Below, one piece after another: positions 20,488-28,893 of a stretch of DNA of 64,000 nt. The notes under the pieces were generated by a model. It made no database searches, was not told the origin of the DNA, and saw only the letters and a list, made by a program, of their open reading frames with translations. Each line of letters opens with the position of its first letter. Position 1 is the first letter of the stretch. The position numbers and the translations under genes were made by a program. This DNA is from Fimbriimonadales bacterium (GTDB lineage Bacteria; Armatimonadota; Fimbriimonadia; Fimbriimonadales; ATM1), in the NCBI GenBank assembly GCA_041744215.1, contig JBGTLG010000006.1, positions 128,001 through 192,000 of the forward strand, given 5' to 3'.

Positions 20488-21977
20488 TCAGTTTGCAAAT
20501 CCGCGCGCGGCCTCTTCGAGCAATGCAAGCGCGGCCCGCGCCTCAGACAAAACCTTGGCGTGCCGATCAATGGTGTCGTCCACAGCGTTGAAATGATCCA
20601 ATCCGTGCGTCTTGAGAAATCGATCCACTTCCTCGGGTTTCTCTGAAGCGATCTCCTCCCAAGTCTTCAAGTGCCTCTTGGCGGCTGAAATGGCGCGACG
20701 CGGGTCCGCGCCAGCCGCAAGTAAAAGCCGGATGCAGTCGGTTTCGCCCATCTCCGCGGCCGCCATGAGCGGGGTCCTGCCGTGCTTGTCGCGAACATCC
20801 ACCTCGGCCCCGTACTCGAGCAACACCCGCACCGAAGTCGGCGATCCCCAGTCACCGCTCACCGCCTCATGCAGCGGGTACCCCCCCTTGCCTCAGCGTT
20901 CGGATCGGCGCCAGCGTCGAGCAACACACGCAGCGTCTCCTCAACGTCCGAATTCTCCCGGCCGCCATTGCCGTCACCTTGCCAGCACGACCAATGGAGC
21001 GCGCTGCCGAGATCTTTGTCGGGAAAGTTCACGTCGGCCCCTTCCGCGATCAGCAACCGAACTGCGGATGGATTCATACACAGTCCGGAGCAGTTGATCA
21101 GCTTCTGCTGCAGCACCGCTTGGCGCTCTGCTGGGTCCGCGATTTGGCGGATCATTGCCATCGCAGCCGAAAGCCGATTAGCTTCGAACGCATCGTCGAT
21201 CGGGTCGCGCGCAAGCCTGTCGTCGACTCTCTGAAGGCCGAGGCCAAAAAACAACTCGGCGATCTCATCGGTCTTAGCATGGTTCAGCGCGTTCTCTCGG
21301 CCACAGGCAAAATCAGCCGGAAATCCTTGCGATAGGACGAGCCTGACGCACTCGAGGCTCCCCGACTGCGCGGCGAGAAACAGCGGCACAAGGGAGGGCT
21401 CGTAGCCACTCGGGTCTTGCTGAAACTCCGGCATCGATTCGAGAATCTTTGGCACAGGGGATGGCAGTCCATGTGCGAACCGCGTCACCTTTGCGGGCCA
21501 TACCGACGCTCCGCGTTCGATGAGCAGCGCAACCCTCGCCGGGTCGCCGACGGTACAGGCCTCGCCCAGCGCAGTCCGCCCGTTGTCGGCCACCTCGCTT
21601 GCGTCCAAGCCTGCATCCAGCAAAAGCCGCAGGCGATCCACGTCGCCCCCGCCCCAATCCCGATACGGGTGATACTCATCCAAGTCGCCGGTGTCGGGGT
21701 ACCCCGTCCCACCGCCCGACGCATACCAAAGAGCGGTGACTCCGCCCGCCGAAACCGCGCGAGGATCGGCGCCTCCCTCCAACACGGCCGCCACCGTCGC
21801 GGCGTTGGATCGAGGACTCGCCGCCGCCGCCATGAGCGCGGTCACCGAGGAAAGGAACGCGCCGTGGTCACCCGCCGGGTCGCACCGCTCGTCGGGGTCC
21901 GCACCAGCGAGCAGCAATTCGCGCACCTCGTCGGTACGCCCTTCCCGGGCAACCACGAACAACTGAGGCAATGCCAT
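20488..21977 (-). pseudogene. Ankyrin-repeat protein split by a frameshift in a G7 tract
   Basis: Ankyrin motifs (LLLAGADP, TALMAAA, GRTPLMAAA) continue across two frames. The junction is at 20881-20887; adding one G gives ...EARGG-YPLHEAVSG. Confidence 0.8.
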
Positions 21978-22125
21978 CCAATCAGTATGTCTTCGTCTGC
22001 CCCGGTTGAGCAACAATGGCCGGTTGCAACATGTTGGACCGCCCGCGGCTTGGCGAGGAGGCCTTTTTCTTGGTGAGGCGAGTCTGCCCATGCCTTAGCG
22101 GTCCATGCTTCGGCCTACCGCAACA

Positions 22126-24870
22126 TCATCCGGTGCTTTGCATCGCGGCGGCAATTCCCGCAATAGTTTGCAGCATCGCTTCCTTCCATGCCGGATCGCC
22201 TTCGGAAAGTTCAGTCCAATCATCCATGAGGGCGACCTGCAAAACGCTAAGCGGCATAACTGCAGGATTCCGGAACTCTACAGTATTGCGAATGACCTTC
22301 GCGGATTCAAGAATCTCCGACTCTCCAGTTATCGCCAATATCGAGTCTCGCGTTTTCCGATACTCGTCTTCGATCTGAGCTTGTACTCGCACGCCAAGTT
22401 CCTTTGGCTTTACGCGCTTCGCATAGAGCTGAGAAGTGGGAATGTGTGCTCGCGTTAGTTCGAGCTGCGCGTTATCAATGACGGATCGAAAAAACGGCCA
22501 CTCCAAATACATCTCCCGAAGAGTCGCTAAGCCTTCAGGGCTGCTTCGCAACTTTGCGATAGCTGTACCCATCCCGTACCATCCGACTAATGTCGTTCTG
22601 CTTTGAACCCACGCAAAATTCCAAGGGATCGCTCGCAGTCCCTCAATGCTCTGTAGCGCATTGCCTGGCCTAAACACAGGTCGCGACGCTATAGGCAAGG
22701 CGCTAATGTGGTCGATCGGTGTTGCCTGAGAGTAGAAGCTCCAAAACTCTCCATCTTCATAGACAAGATCACGGTACTTTTGCCGTGATTCACTCTCGAG
22801 TTCGGTCATAACCCTTGAGTACTTTTCCTCTGCACCTCGCGCGCCAACTCCCGCTGCTGCAAGCAAAACAGCATTGACGATCTGCTCAAGATGGCGGTGC
22901 GCGATCGGCGCGAGCGAATAGCGAAACGAAACTACTTCACCCTGCTCGGTGAACCTTATTTTGCCGCTAAATGAACCTGCGGGTTGCGCGAGAATCGCGC
23001 GGTTAGCTCGACCTCCCCCGCGACCCACAGTTCCCCCTCGTCCATGGAAGAGATCGATAGCAATCTGAGTTGTCTGGCTAACTTCAGCCAATGAAGCGAT
23101 TGTGGATTGAAGAGCCCAATTCGCCGCTAGGTATCCTCCATCTTTGCTTGAGTCGCTGTAGCCAAGCATGACTTCTTGCCGATCGTTTCTACTTCGCAAG
23201 TGCTCGCGATAAGTCACATTCTCAAACAGCTGCAGCATGAGATCCGCCGAGTTATGTAAGTCGCTTATCGTCTCAAACAGTGGAACGATATCGATATCAC
23301 TTTCAATCAACCCCTCTGGAGAAACTCGAGTGACCCCAGCCTCTTTACATAAAAGCAAGACCTCAAGAAGATCGCTAACTCCGTGGGTCATTGAGATAAC
23401 GTAGGAGGCGACAGACTCTTTGTTCAACTCCTCCTGAGCTCTGCGAACAACAAAGAAAACTTCTAAAACAGAACGCGCTCGCTCGCTCAGTTCATAGGTT
23501 ACTGGCATGATTGGCCGCGGATTCTTCAACTCTCGTGTTAACAAGTCGATCTTTTTGCGCTCTTCCAAACTGGAATAGTCCTCAACAACACCGGCTGCAC
23601 GCAACATCTCTGTCACAACTTCCTCATGACGCTCACTGTGTTGCCTAATGTCGAGAGAAGCCAAGTGAATTCCAAAGGCCTCCACTTGCCTAATCAAATG
23701 AGCTAGCTCGCCGCTCTTGCTGATCCTCTCGGCGCGATTGTCTTGCAAGCTAGATTGAATCTCTCGAAGATCAGCCAGCAGCTCCGCTGCAGAGGCATAC
23801 GACCCCTCGTCTCGATTGATCGTCCGCTTAAGGCGCTCTTCAATGGCCAGCAAAGCAAGCACATAAGGTTCTTGCGAGTACCGCTTCTGATGCTCACTCT
23901 TTAAGAGTTTCTGAATCTTGAACGACTCGGTCCTTTCAAGAAGAGGTTCACTGGCGTCTACAAGCTTCAGGCTCTGGGTTAGCTCTTGTCTCAATGAAAC
24001 AACTTTTCTAAGATAGATCTCGATCGCTTGATTCTTGTGAGCAAGTACCGTCCTCCAAGTTACATCCGGCGTAACATTTGGGTTGCCATCTCTGTCGCCT
24101 CCTACCCATGAGCGATACTTGATGAATGCAGGGAGCACAAAGTCTTCGTTTGGATAAGCCTCATTCAGGGCCTTGAGCAAGTCATCGTGTAGCCAAGGCA
24201 CGACCTCTGCGATAGTACTTTCAAAAAAGTAAAGCGCATTGCGCACTTCTTCGTCGACCGAGAGCTGCACGGATCTCATCTCGTCCGTCTGCCAAAGAGT
24301 CGTAATCGTTCTGTAAATGGACTCTTCTGCCCTTCCCGCCGTTTCGAGAGGGTCGTCGAGAGTCGGCTCGCTGCCGATCTCAGTTAGACACTTTGCAAGG
24401 TTGCGAAGCTTGTCAAGCACCGCTTTGCGCTTCGCCTCTGTCGGATGTGCGGTCAATGTCGGCGTAATCTCGATGCGGCTTAGAAGGTTTTGCATCGAGT
24501 CCGCGTCATAACCTGAGTCTTTGAGCTTAAGAATGGCGTCGCGAATAGACTCGCTGCGCTCAGAGCGCCGCTCGCGATTTACACGAACGATCTCTTTCTG
24601 TTCTGCAATGTTTGCAAGTTGAAAGTGCAACGTGAACGCTCGCGCTAAGCTGCGAAAAACCTGTGGGTTGCGCAATTCCGGATAAAGGGTGAAGACCTGC
24701 ATGCTGTCTACAGCACCATCCGTCAACAACCTTCTCGCAATAGCAAGAAACTCCGGTCCTTGTTGCTCCCCAAGAACAGTCCCAAGCGCAAGGTCGAACA
24801 CGCGTAGATCATTCGACAGAGACTGCCTTAGATTGAAGGCTTCGGGTTCAACGTTCAAAAACGATCGCAT
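22126..24870 (-). CDS. ppc: Phosphoenolpyruvate carboxylase
   Basis: LTAHPTE, SWVGGDRDGNP, QEVMLGYSDSSKDGG, FHGRGGTVGRGGG, TEQGE, LRAIPW, C-terminal AAAMQSTG. Confidence 0.96.
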   Translation of the reverse strand: MRSFLNVEPEAFNLRQSLSNDLRVFDLALGTVLGEQQGPEFLAIARRLLTDGAVDSMQVFTLYPELRNPQVFRSLARAFTLHFQLANIAEQKEIVRVNRERRSERSESIRDAILKLKDSGYDADSMQNLLSRIEITPTLTAHPTEAKRKAVLDKLRNLAKCLTEIGSEPTLDDPLETAGRAEESIYRTITTLWQTDEMRSVQLSVDEEVRNALYFFESTIAEVVPWLHDDLLKALNEAYPNEDFVLPAFIKYRSWVGGDRDGNPNVTPDVTWRTVLAHKNQAIEIYLRKVVSLRQELTQSLKLVDASEPLLERTESFKIQKLLKSEHQKRYSQEPYVLALLAIEERLKRTINRDEGSYASAAELLADLREIQSSLQDNRAERISKSGELAHLIRQVEAFGIHLASLDIRQHSERHEEVVTEMLRAAGVVEDYSSLEERKKIDLLTRELKNPRPIMPVTYELSERARSVLEVFFVVRRAQEELNKESVASYVISMTHGVSDLLEVLLLCKEAGVTRVSPEGLIESDIDIVPLFETISDLHNSADLMLQLFENVTYREHLRSRNDRQEVMLGYSDSSKDGGYLAANWALQSTIASLAEVSQTTQIAIDLFHGRGGTVGRGGGRANRAILAQPAGSFSGKIRFTEQGEVVSFRYSLAPIAHRHLEQIVNAVLLAAAGVGARGAEEKYSRVMTELESESRQKYRDLVYEDGEFWSFYSQATPIDHISALPIASRPVFRPGNALQSIEGLRAIPWNFAWVQSRTTLVGWYGMGTAIAKLRSSPEGLATLREMYLEWPFFRSVIDNAQLELTRAHIPTSQLYAKRVKPKELGVRVQAQIEDEYRKTRDSILAITGESEILESAKVIRNTVEFRNPAVMPLSVLQVALMDDWTELSEGDPAWKEAMLQTIAGIAAAMQSTG

Positions 24871-25154
24871 CTCTTGATGGCACTGTACCACCACGGCTGT
24901 GATGGGCGTGTATGGCAGCGGAGTTGAAGTGATCGAAGCGCAAGATGTCAAAGCGTCTGACATCAACATCGTCTAATCACGGACAGTGCGCTTGGATTTC
25001 CAAAAGGGAACTGTTGCAAGACTTGATTGATAGGTCTCAAGTGTTGACCATGCTATCTACCTACAAAACTCCTTTCTCAGCTCCGACATTCTCTTCAGCA
25101 CAGCGGTATCAACCCACCAATAACAAGGGACCCATCTGCATTCAATCACAACTT

Positions 25155-25970
25155 TCATGCGGAGCCGGGAGGTGATTGCGGTGGCAAACTGCGAAGGTCT
25201 TCTCGCAATGCAAGCACCTCTTTGCGAAGTTCTTCAAACGCGGTTGCGCCCACTAACTCCGCCTCTTCACTTTCCGCATCCCGACCCACGAAGAAAGTTG
25301 CCAGCGCAGCAGTCAGATATCCGAACATCGCCAAAGCATAAAGCGAAAGAATAATGCAAAGAATGCGCCCTTCAGGAGTTTCCGGCCAGTACTGCGAGCC
25401 CATTGTCGTAACAATCATTGCGGTCCACCACAGCGCCTCGCCATAACTCTGCGGCCCACCCACCACGTTGCGCTCAAACGCAAAGATCCCGGCTGCGCCC
25501 GCGAATACAACAAGAATGGTAAGAGCGACGACATACCCAAAACCGCGCCGTCCCAGGCTTGCCCCGAGCGCGCCCATGCCACGATTGAGCGATGTGATAA
25601 CGCGCACAAGGCGTAGGCTTCGGCCCACTCTGGCCAGGCGCAACAGCCGAAATGCATGAAAAATCCGGAAGACTCGAAGCGCTGGCAAAACCAGCGACAA
25701 AACAACGAGCCAGTTCGTCCTCACATGTGCGATTTTCTTTGGCGCGAGGGTGAACTCTACCAAGAAGCCGAGTATGAAGATGATCCAGATGATGGTGGCT
25801 AGGAGATTGAGCGGCCCGCTTTCTCCCCAAACAAACTCGCCGATCAGGAGCGCCAGCCAAACAAAGGCAAGAACCAGCAGCGGAACCTCCAACCAATCCT
25901 GCACCCGCCGCAGAAGTTCGTATCGCTCCTTCTCGAGCTCCTGCTCTTCGATGTCGTTGCGTTCGTTCAT
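25155..25970 (-). CDS. Six-TM ion channel (Ion_trans, voltage-gated K+ channel-like)
   Basis: S4-like Arg repeats (LRVFRIFHAFRLLRLAR), pore helix ALWW, filter TTMGSQYWP, C-terminal coiled coil. Confidence 0.85.
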   Translation of the reverse strand: MNERNDIEEQELEKERYELLRRVQDWLEVPLLVLAFVWLALLIGEFVWGESGPLNLLATIIWIIFILGFLVEFTLAPKKIAHVRTNWLVVLSLVLPALRVFRIFHAFRLLRLARVGRSLRLVRVITSLNRGMGALGASLGRRGFGYVVALTILVVFAGAAGIFAFERNVVGGPQSYGEALWWTAMIVTTMGSQYWPETPEGRILCIILSLYALAMFGYLTAALATFFVGRDAESEEAELVGATAFEELRKEVLALREDLRSLPPQSPPGSA

Positions 25971-25990
25971 GTGCTTTCTTACGGCTCGGC

Positions 25991-26110
25991 GATGGCAAGG
26001 TGATCAAGTCATGATCACTCGCACCACCCAAATGGCAATTCCCACAACAGGATCACCCGGGAAAAGCGTCATCGCAGAATCAGGAGAGTGGCAATCTCAA
26101 CAAGGTGCAG
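25991..26110. repeat. ~120-bp intergenic element, copy 1
   Basis: Shares GGTGATC, TCATGAT, CACCAC, GATCACCCGGG, GTCATCGCAG and CAATCTCAACAAGGT.CAG in the same order with 26806-26922. Confidence 0.8.
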
Positions 26111-26260
26111 ATTCTGATCATCATCGCGGATCAGCATTGGTTTACGAGCTGACAATTCTCTCAACATCCAACTGATCGCCTTCGCGCAGATGGTCGAAAG
26201 CGCGTCAGCAAGCTCATCTCGCTGCCGATCTTTGTCAGTTTCGGCTATGCAGCCGCGGAA

Positions 26261-26719
26261 TCACTTCGTAGACAGTCCGCTAACGACCTCATTCTTGTGC
26301 GCTGCAAACGCGGCAAGAATCTCTGCCTTCTCTTCTGTCGGCACTTTAAAGCGATCGAGAGTGCGCCCAAGCTGCGCTGCAACTTCGTCGAACTCCTCCG
26401 AGGAAATCGCCAATTTGTGATGCGCATTCTCGAGGCCCAGATTCGTTGCTCCGGGAACCGTTGGCGTGTATGTATAAGGACCACCAGTAATGTCGCAAAC
26501 CCACAAGGTGCGCATAAATTTGAGGCCCGGTAACCTGTCCAAGCTCTCAGTGCTCCACTTTTTAAGGGCCGGATTCTTGGAAGTTCTTCCGACCATCGGA
26601 TTGTCGATGAGGGCGTCGCTAAAGTGGTCGACTACCGCAGATATGGCGTAGACACCGCCAACCCGATCATACAGGCTCTTCTTCGCGACGGTCAACTCCG
26701 CTGTTTGTGTTTCGTTCAT
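26261..26719 (-). CDS. Group 1 truncated hemoglobin
   Basis: SLYDRVGG..AI.AVVDHF, TGGP..Y, AH (proximal His), ISSEEFD, L..F.VP..E. Confidence 0.88.
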   Translation of the reverse strand: MNETQTAELTVAKKSLYDRVGGVYAISAVVDHFSDALIDNPMVGRTSKNPALKKWSTESLDRLPGLKFMRTLWVCDITGGPYTYTPTVPGATNLGLENAHHKLAISSEEFDEVAAQLGRTLDRFKVPTEEKAEILAAFAAHKNEVVSGLSTK

Positions 26720-26805
26720 TGTGAGGACTCCTTTCGCTCAGGATAACGGACATGAGCCTCAATCACAAGTCCGCCCATTTGTGTCCGTTAAAGATACAGT
26801 TCGCC

Positions 26806-26922
26806 GGGTGGCCGGGTGATCGCTTCATGATTAGTCCCACCACTCGCAAGCCCGGCAACACGATCACCCGGGGAGCGGGTCATCGCAGCGACCGGGCACC
26901 GGCCAATCTCAACAAGGTTCAG
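26806..26922. repeat. ~120-bp intergenic element, copy 2
   Basis: Direct repeat of 25991-26110; contains a perfect 11-bp inverted repeat CCGGGTGATCG (26812-26822) / CGATCACCCGG (26861-26871). Confidence 0.8.
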
Positions 26923-26958
26923 TGACTCAAGGGCGCATCCCCCGTTTTTTTGCTAGGA

Positions 26959-27144
26959 TTTAGCGACCGCGCACAAGTGTTTTGCGTTAAAACACTCGTG
27001 TTTAGTCGCTGCGCACAAGTGTTTTGCTCTCAGATACTCGTCTGTAGCGACTGCGCACCCGTGTTTTGCTCTCACATACTTGTCTGCAGCAACCGCGCAC
27101 AAGTGTTTTGCTCTCAGATACTGGTCTGTAGCGACTGCGCACAA
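26959..27144. repeat. 42-bp tandem repeat, ~4.4 copies
   Basis: Units start at 26969, 27011, 27053, 27095 and 27137; consensus GCGCACAAGTGTTTTGCTCTCAGATACTCGTCTGTAGCGACT. Confidence 0.95.
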
Positions 27145-27305
27145 CCGTCCCGCTCTCGGAGACCTGAACGTGGCACCTTTCCTACGAGCCACCAGGGGCG
27201 GAGTCAGCCGTCAACTGGAAGTGCGCGCCGCTCTCCTCGCACCGAAAATGCCTGCGCTGGCGCTGCAAAAACGCCGTTCGCTGCCTCAACAACAAGCCAC
27301 GGCGC

Positions 27306-27740
27306 CTAGGGATCAGCGTGCAAGCGCTTTTTGCGCATCTTTAGCCCGAGTTCAACCAGCGGCTCTAGGAGCGATGCAAGTACGATGATGATCATTGAGG
27401 CCGAAAAGCAGCCGCCCCAGCTCCAGCCGAAGTACGGGGCAAGAAGCAAAGGGACTAGCCAAATGGTCGCCGAAATCACAAAGAGCTCCACCCAAATGTT
27501 CAGGATCCGAATGATGGGCTCCTGAATGTCCGCCAGGGCTAACGGCACAACCACAGTGCCAAAGCAGTAGGCCAACAGCAGCGCGCTAAGCCATGGAACC
27601 TGGTTGTAACTTTTAATCGCTTCGTGTTCTCGCGGGCCGAAGAGCGCCAACGAAAGCCCACCTGCAGCAAACGCCGTCAGAAAGACGATTGCGGTCAAGA
27701 TAGAACGGAGTCGGGACATCTGTCCGGCCGGGGACGCCAT
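27306..27740 (-). CDS. Hypothetical membrane protein (about 4 TM)
   Basis: Four hydrophobic segments, basic C-terminus. Confidence 0.55.
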   Translation of the reverse strand: MASPAGQMSRLRSILTAIVFLTAFAAGGLSLALFGPREHEAIKSYNQVPWLSALLLAYCFGTVVVPLALADIQEPIIRILNIWVELFVISATIWLVPLLLAPYFGWSWGGCFSASMIIIVLASLLEPLVELGLKMRKKRLHADP

Positions 27741-27872
27741 CTCATGTTACGCTCTTCTACGCTCCTGGGTTACGGCGAAGAGTTGCCCCGCCGCTGGCGT
27801 GGCCGCCCTCTGCCGGCCGCGTGTATCCCGCACCAACCCAGCCCTCTGCCCCCGGCCTGGTAGATTGCCGAA

Positions 27873-28634
27873 ATGGTCATCAGCTCGATGCCGATACTTG
27901 CCTCCCGAGACATCCAGGCCAGCCTCAAGTTCTATCAGGAAGTCCTGGGATTCGATTTCGCCTGGGCCTATGGCGAGCCGCCAGATGCCGCCGCCGTTTC
28001 GTTTGGCGACGTCTCGATCATGTTCCTCCTGCAGCCCGACCTCGCGGACAAAATCGCCGGTCACCAGCATTGGATTAAGGTCGACGACGCGGACGCGATG
28101 TACGCGCTCCACTTGGAAAGAGGCGCAAAGATTCTCTCACCGCCTGAAGACAAACCCTGGGGCGGTCGCGAGTACACAGTCGAGGATCCCAGCGGTTATC
28201 ACCTGAGGTTCGCTGGACCGCCATCGAGTGAGGTAAAGCCGTCGGTGGCGTTTCCGGAAGGCGTGATAATCGTGCGCAGGCTGCCGGCCGTCCACGAATA
28301 TGAAGCCGTCGCGGGAAAAGCGTTCAACCAGGAGCGGGTCGCCGGCGACATCCTCGAGCGAACATGGGATGGCGTCGTCGCGCTTTCTCCTGCCGGCGAG
28401 CCGATCGGCGTGCTTCGAATCATGCAAGACGCGCCAGGCTGGTTCAGCATCTGGGACGTGGCGGTGCTGCCGGAATGGCAGGGTCAGCGCATCGGCCAGC
28501 GGCTCATGGAGGAAGCGCTGGAAGCGGTTCGCACCGAGTCGCCCGGCGCGTGGGTATTCCTCTTCACTTACCAGCATGGCTTCTATGAGAAGCTGGGGTT
28601 TGGGAAAGAGACGGTTAGTATGCGGAAGGTTTAG
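27873..28634 (+). CDS. VOC/glyoxalase-bleomycin resistance domain fused to GNAT acetyltransferase
   Basis: FYQEVLGF, DADAMY, PEDKPWGGREYTVEDPSG; then DVAVLPEWQGQRIG and FYEKLGF. Confidence 0.88.
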   Translation: MVISSMPILASRDIQASLKFYQEVLGFDFAWAYGEPPDAAAVSFGDVSIMFLLQPDLADKIAGHQHWIKVDDADAMYALHLERGAKILSPPEDKPWGGREYTVEDPSGYHLRFAGPPSSEVKPSVAFPEGVIIVRRLPAVHEYEAVAGKAFNQERVAGDILERTWDGVVALSPAGEPIGVLRIMQDAPGWFSIWDVAVLPEWQGQRIGQRLMEEALEAVRTESPGAWVFLFTYQHGFYEKLGFGKETVSMRKV

Positions 28635-28699
28635 GGCGCGAGGCGGATGTTGTGTGGTAACACAGCGACAGCGGCGGTGGCGATTCGTAACCTTTCGAT

Positions 28700-28885
28700 T
28701 CCGCCCTGCCGCGCGCTCTGGTTGACATTTAGCGTTCCCAAGGACTTAAGCGACGGAGATGTGGTGCCCGAGCGAGTACGGCGTCGACAGACGAGCCCCG
28801 CACGAAGATGCTACTCTTGAACTTGCGATAACCGCGTTAACAAAGTTAAGCGTGATGAGTCCGATGAGTCCTATGAGGTGGGACT
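28700..28885 (-). repeat. ~170-bp dispersed intergenic element, copy A
   Basis: Reverse complement is collinear with 61148-61325: GACTCATCGGACTCA.CAC, TTGTTAAC, TGTCG.CGC, TTAAGTC(C)TTGGGA, GTCAACC. Confidence 0.75.
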
Positions 28886-28893
28886 CCCGCAAT

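Noticed and set aside
26959-27144. Possible CRISPR array
   Set aside because: Units are contiguous and similar along their whole length, with no unique spacers and no cas genes in the window.
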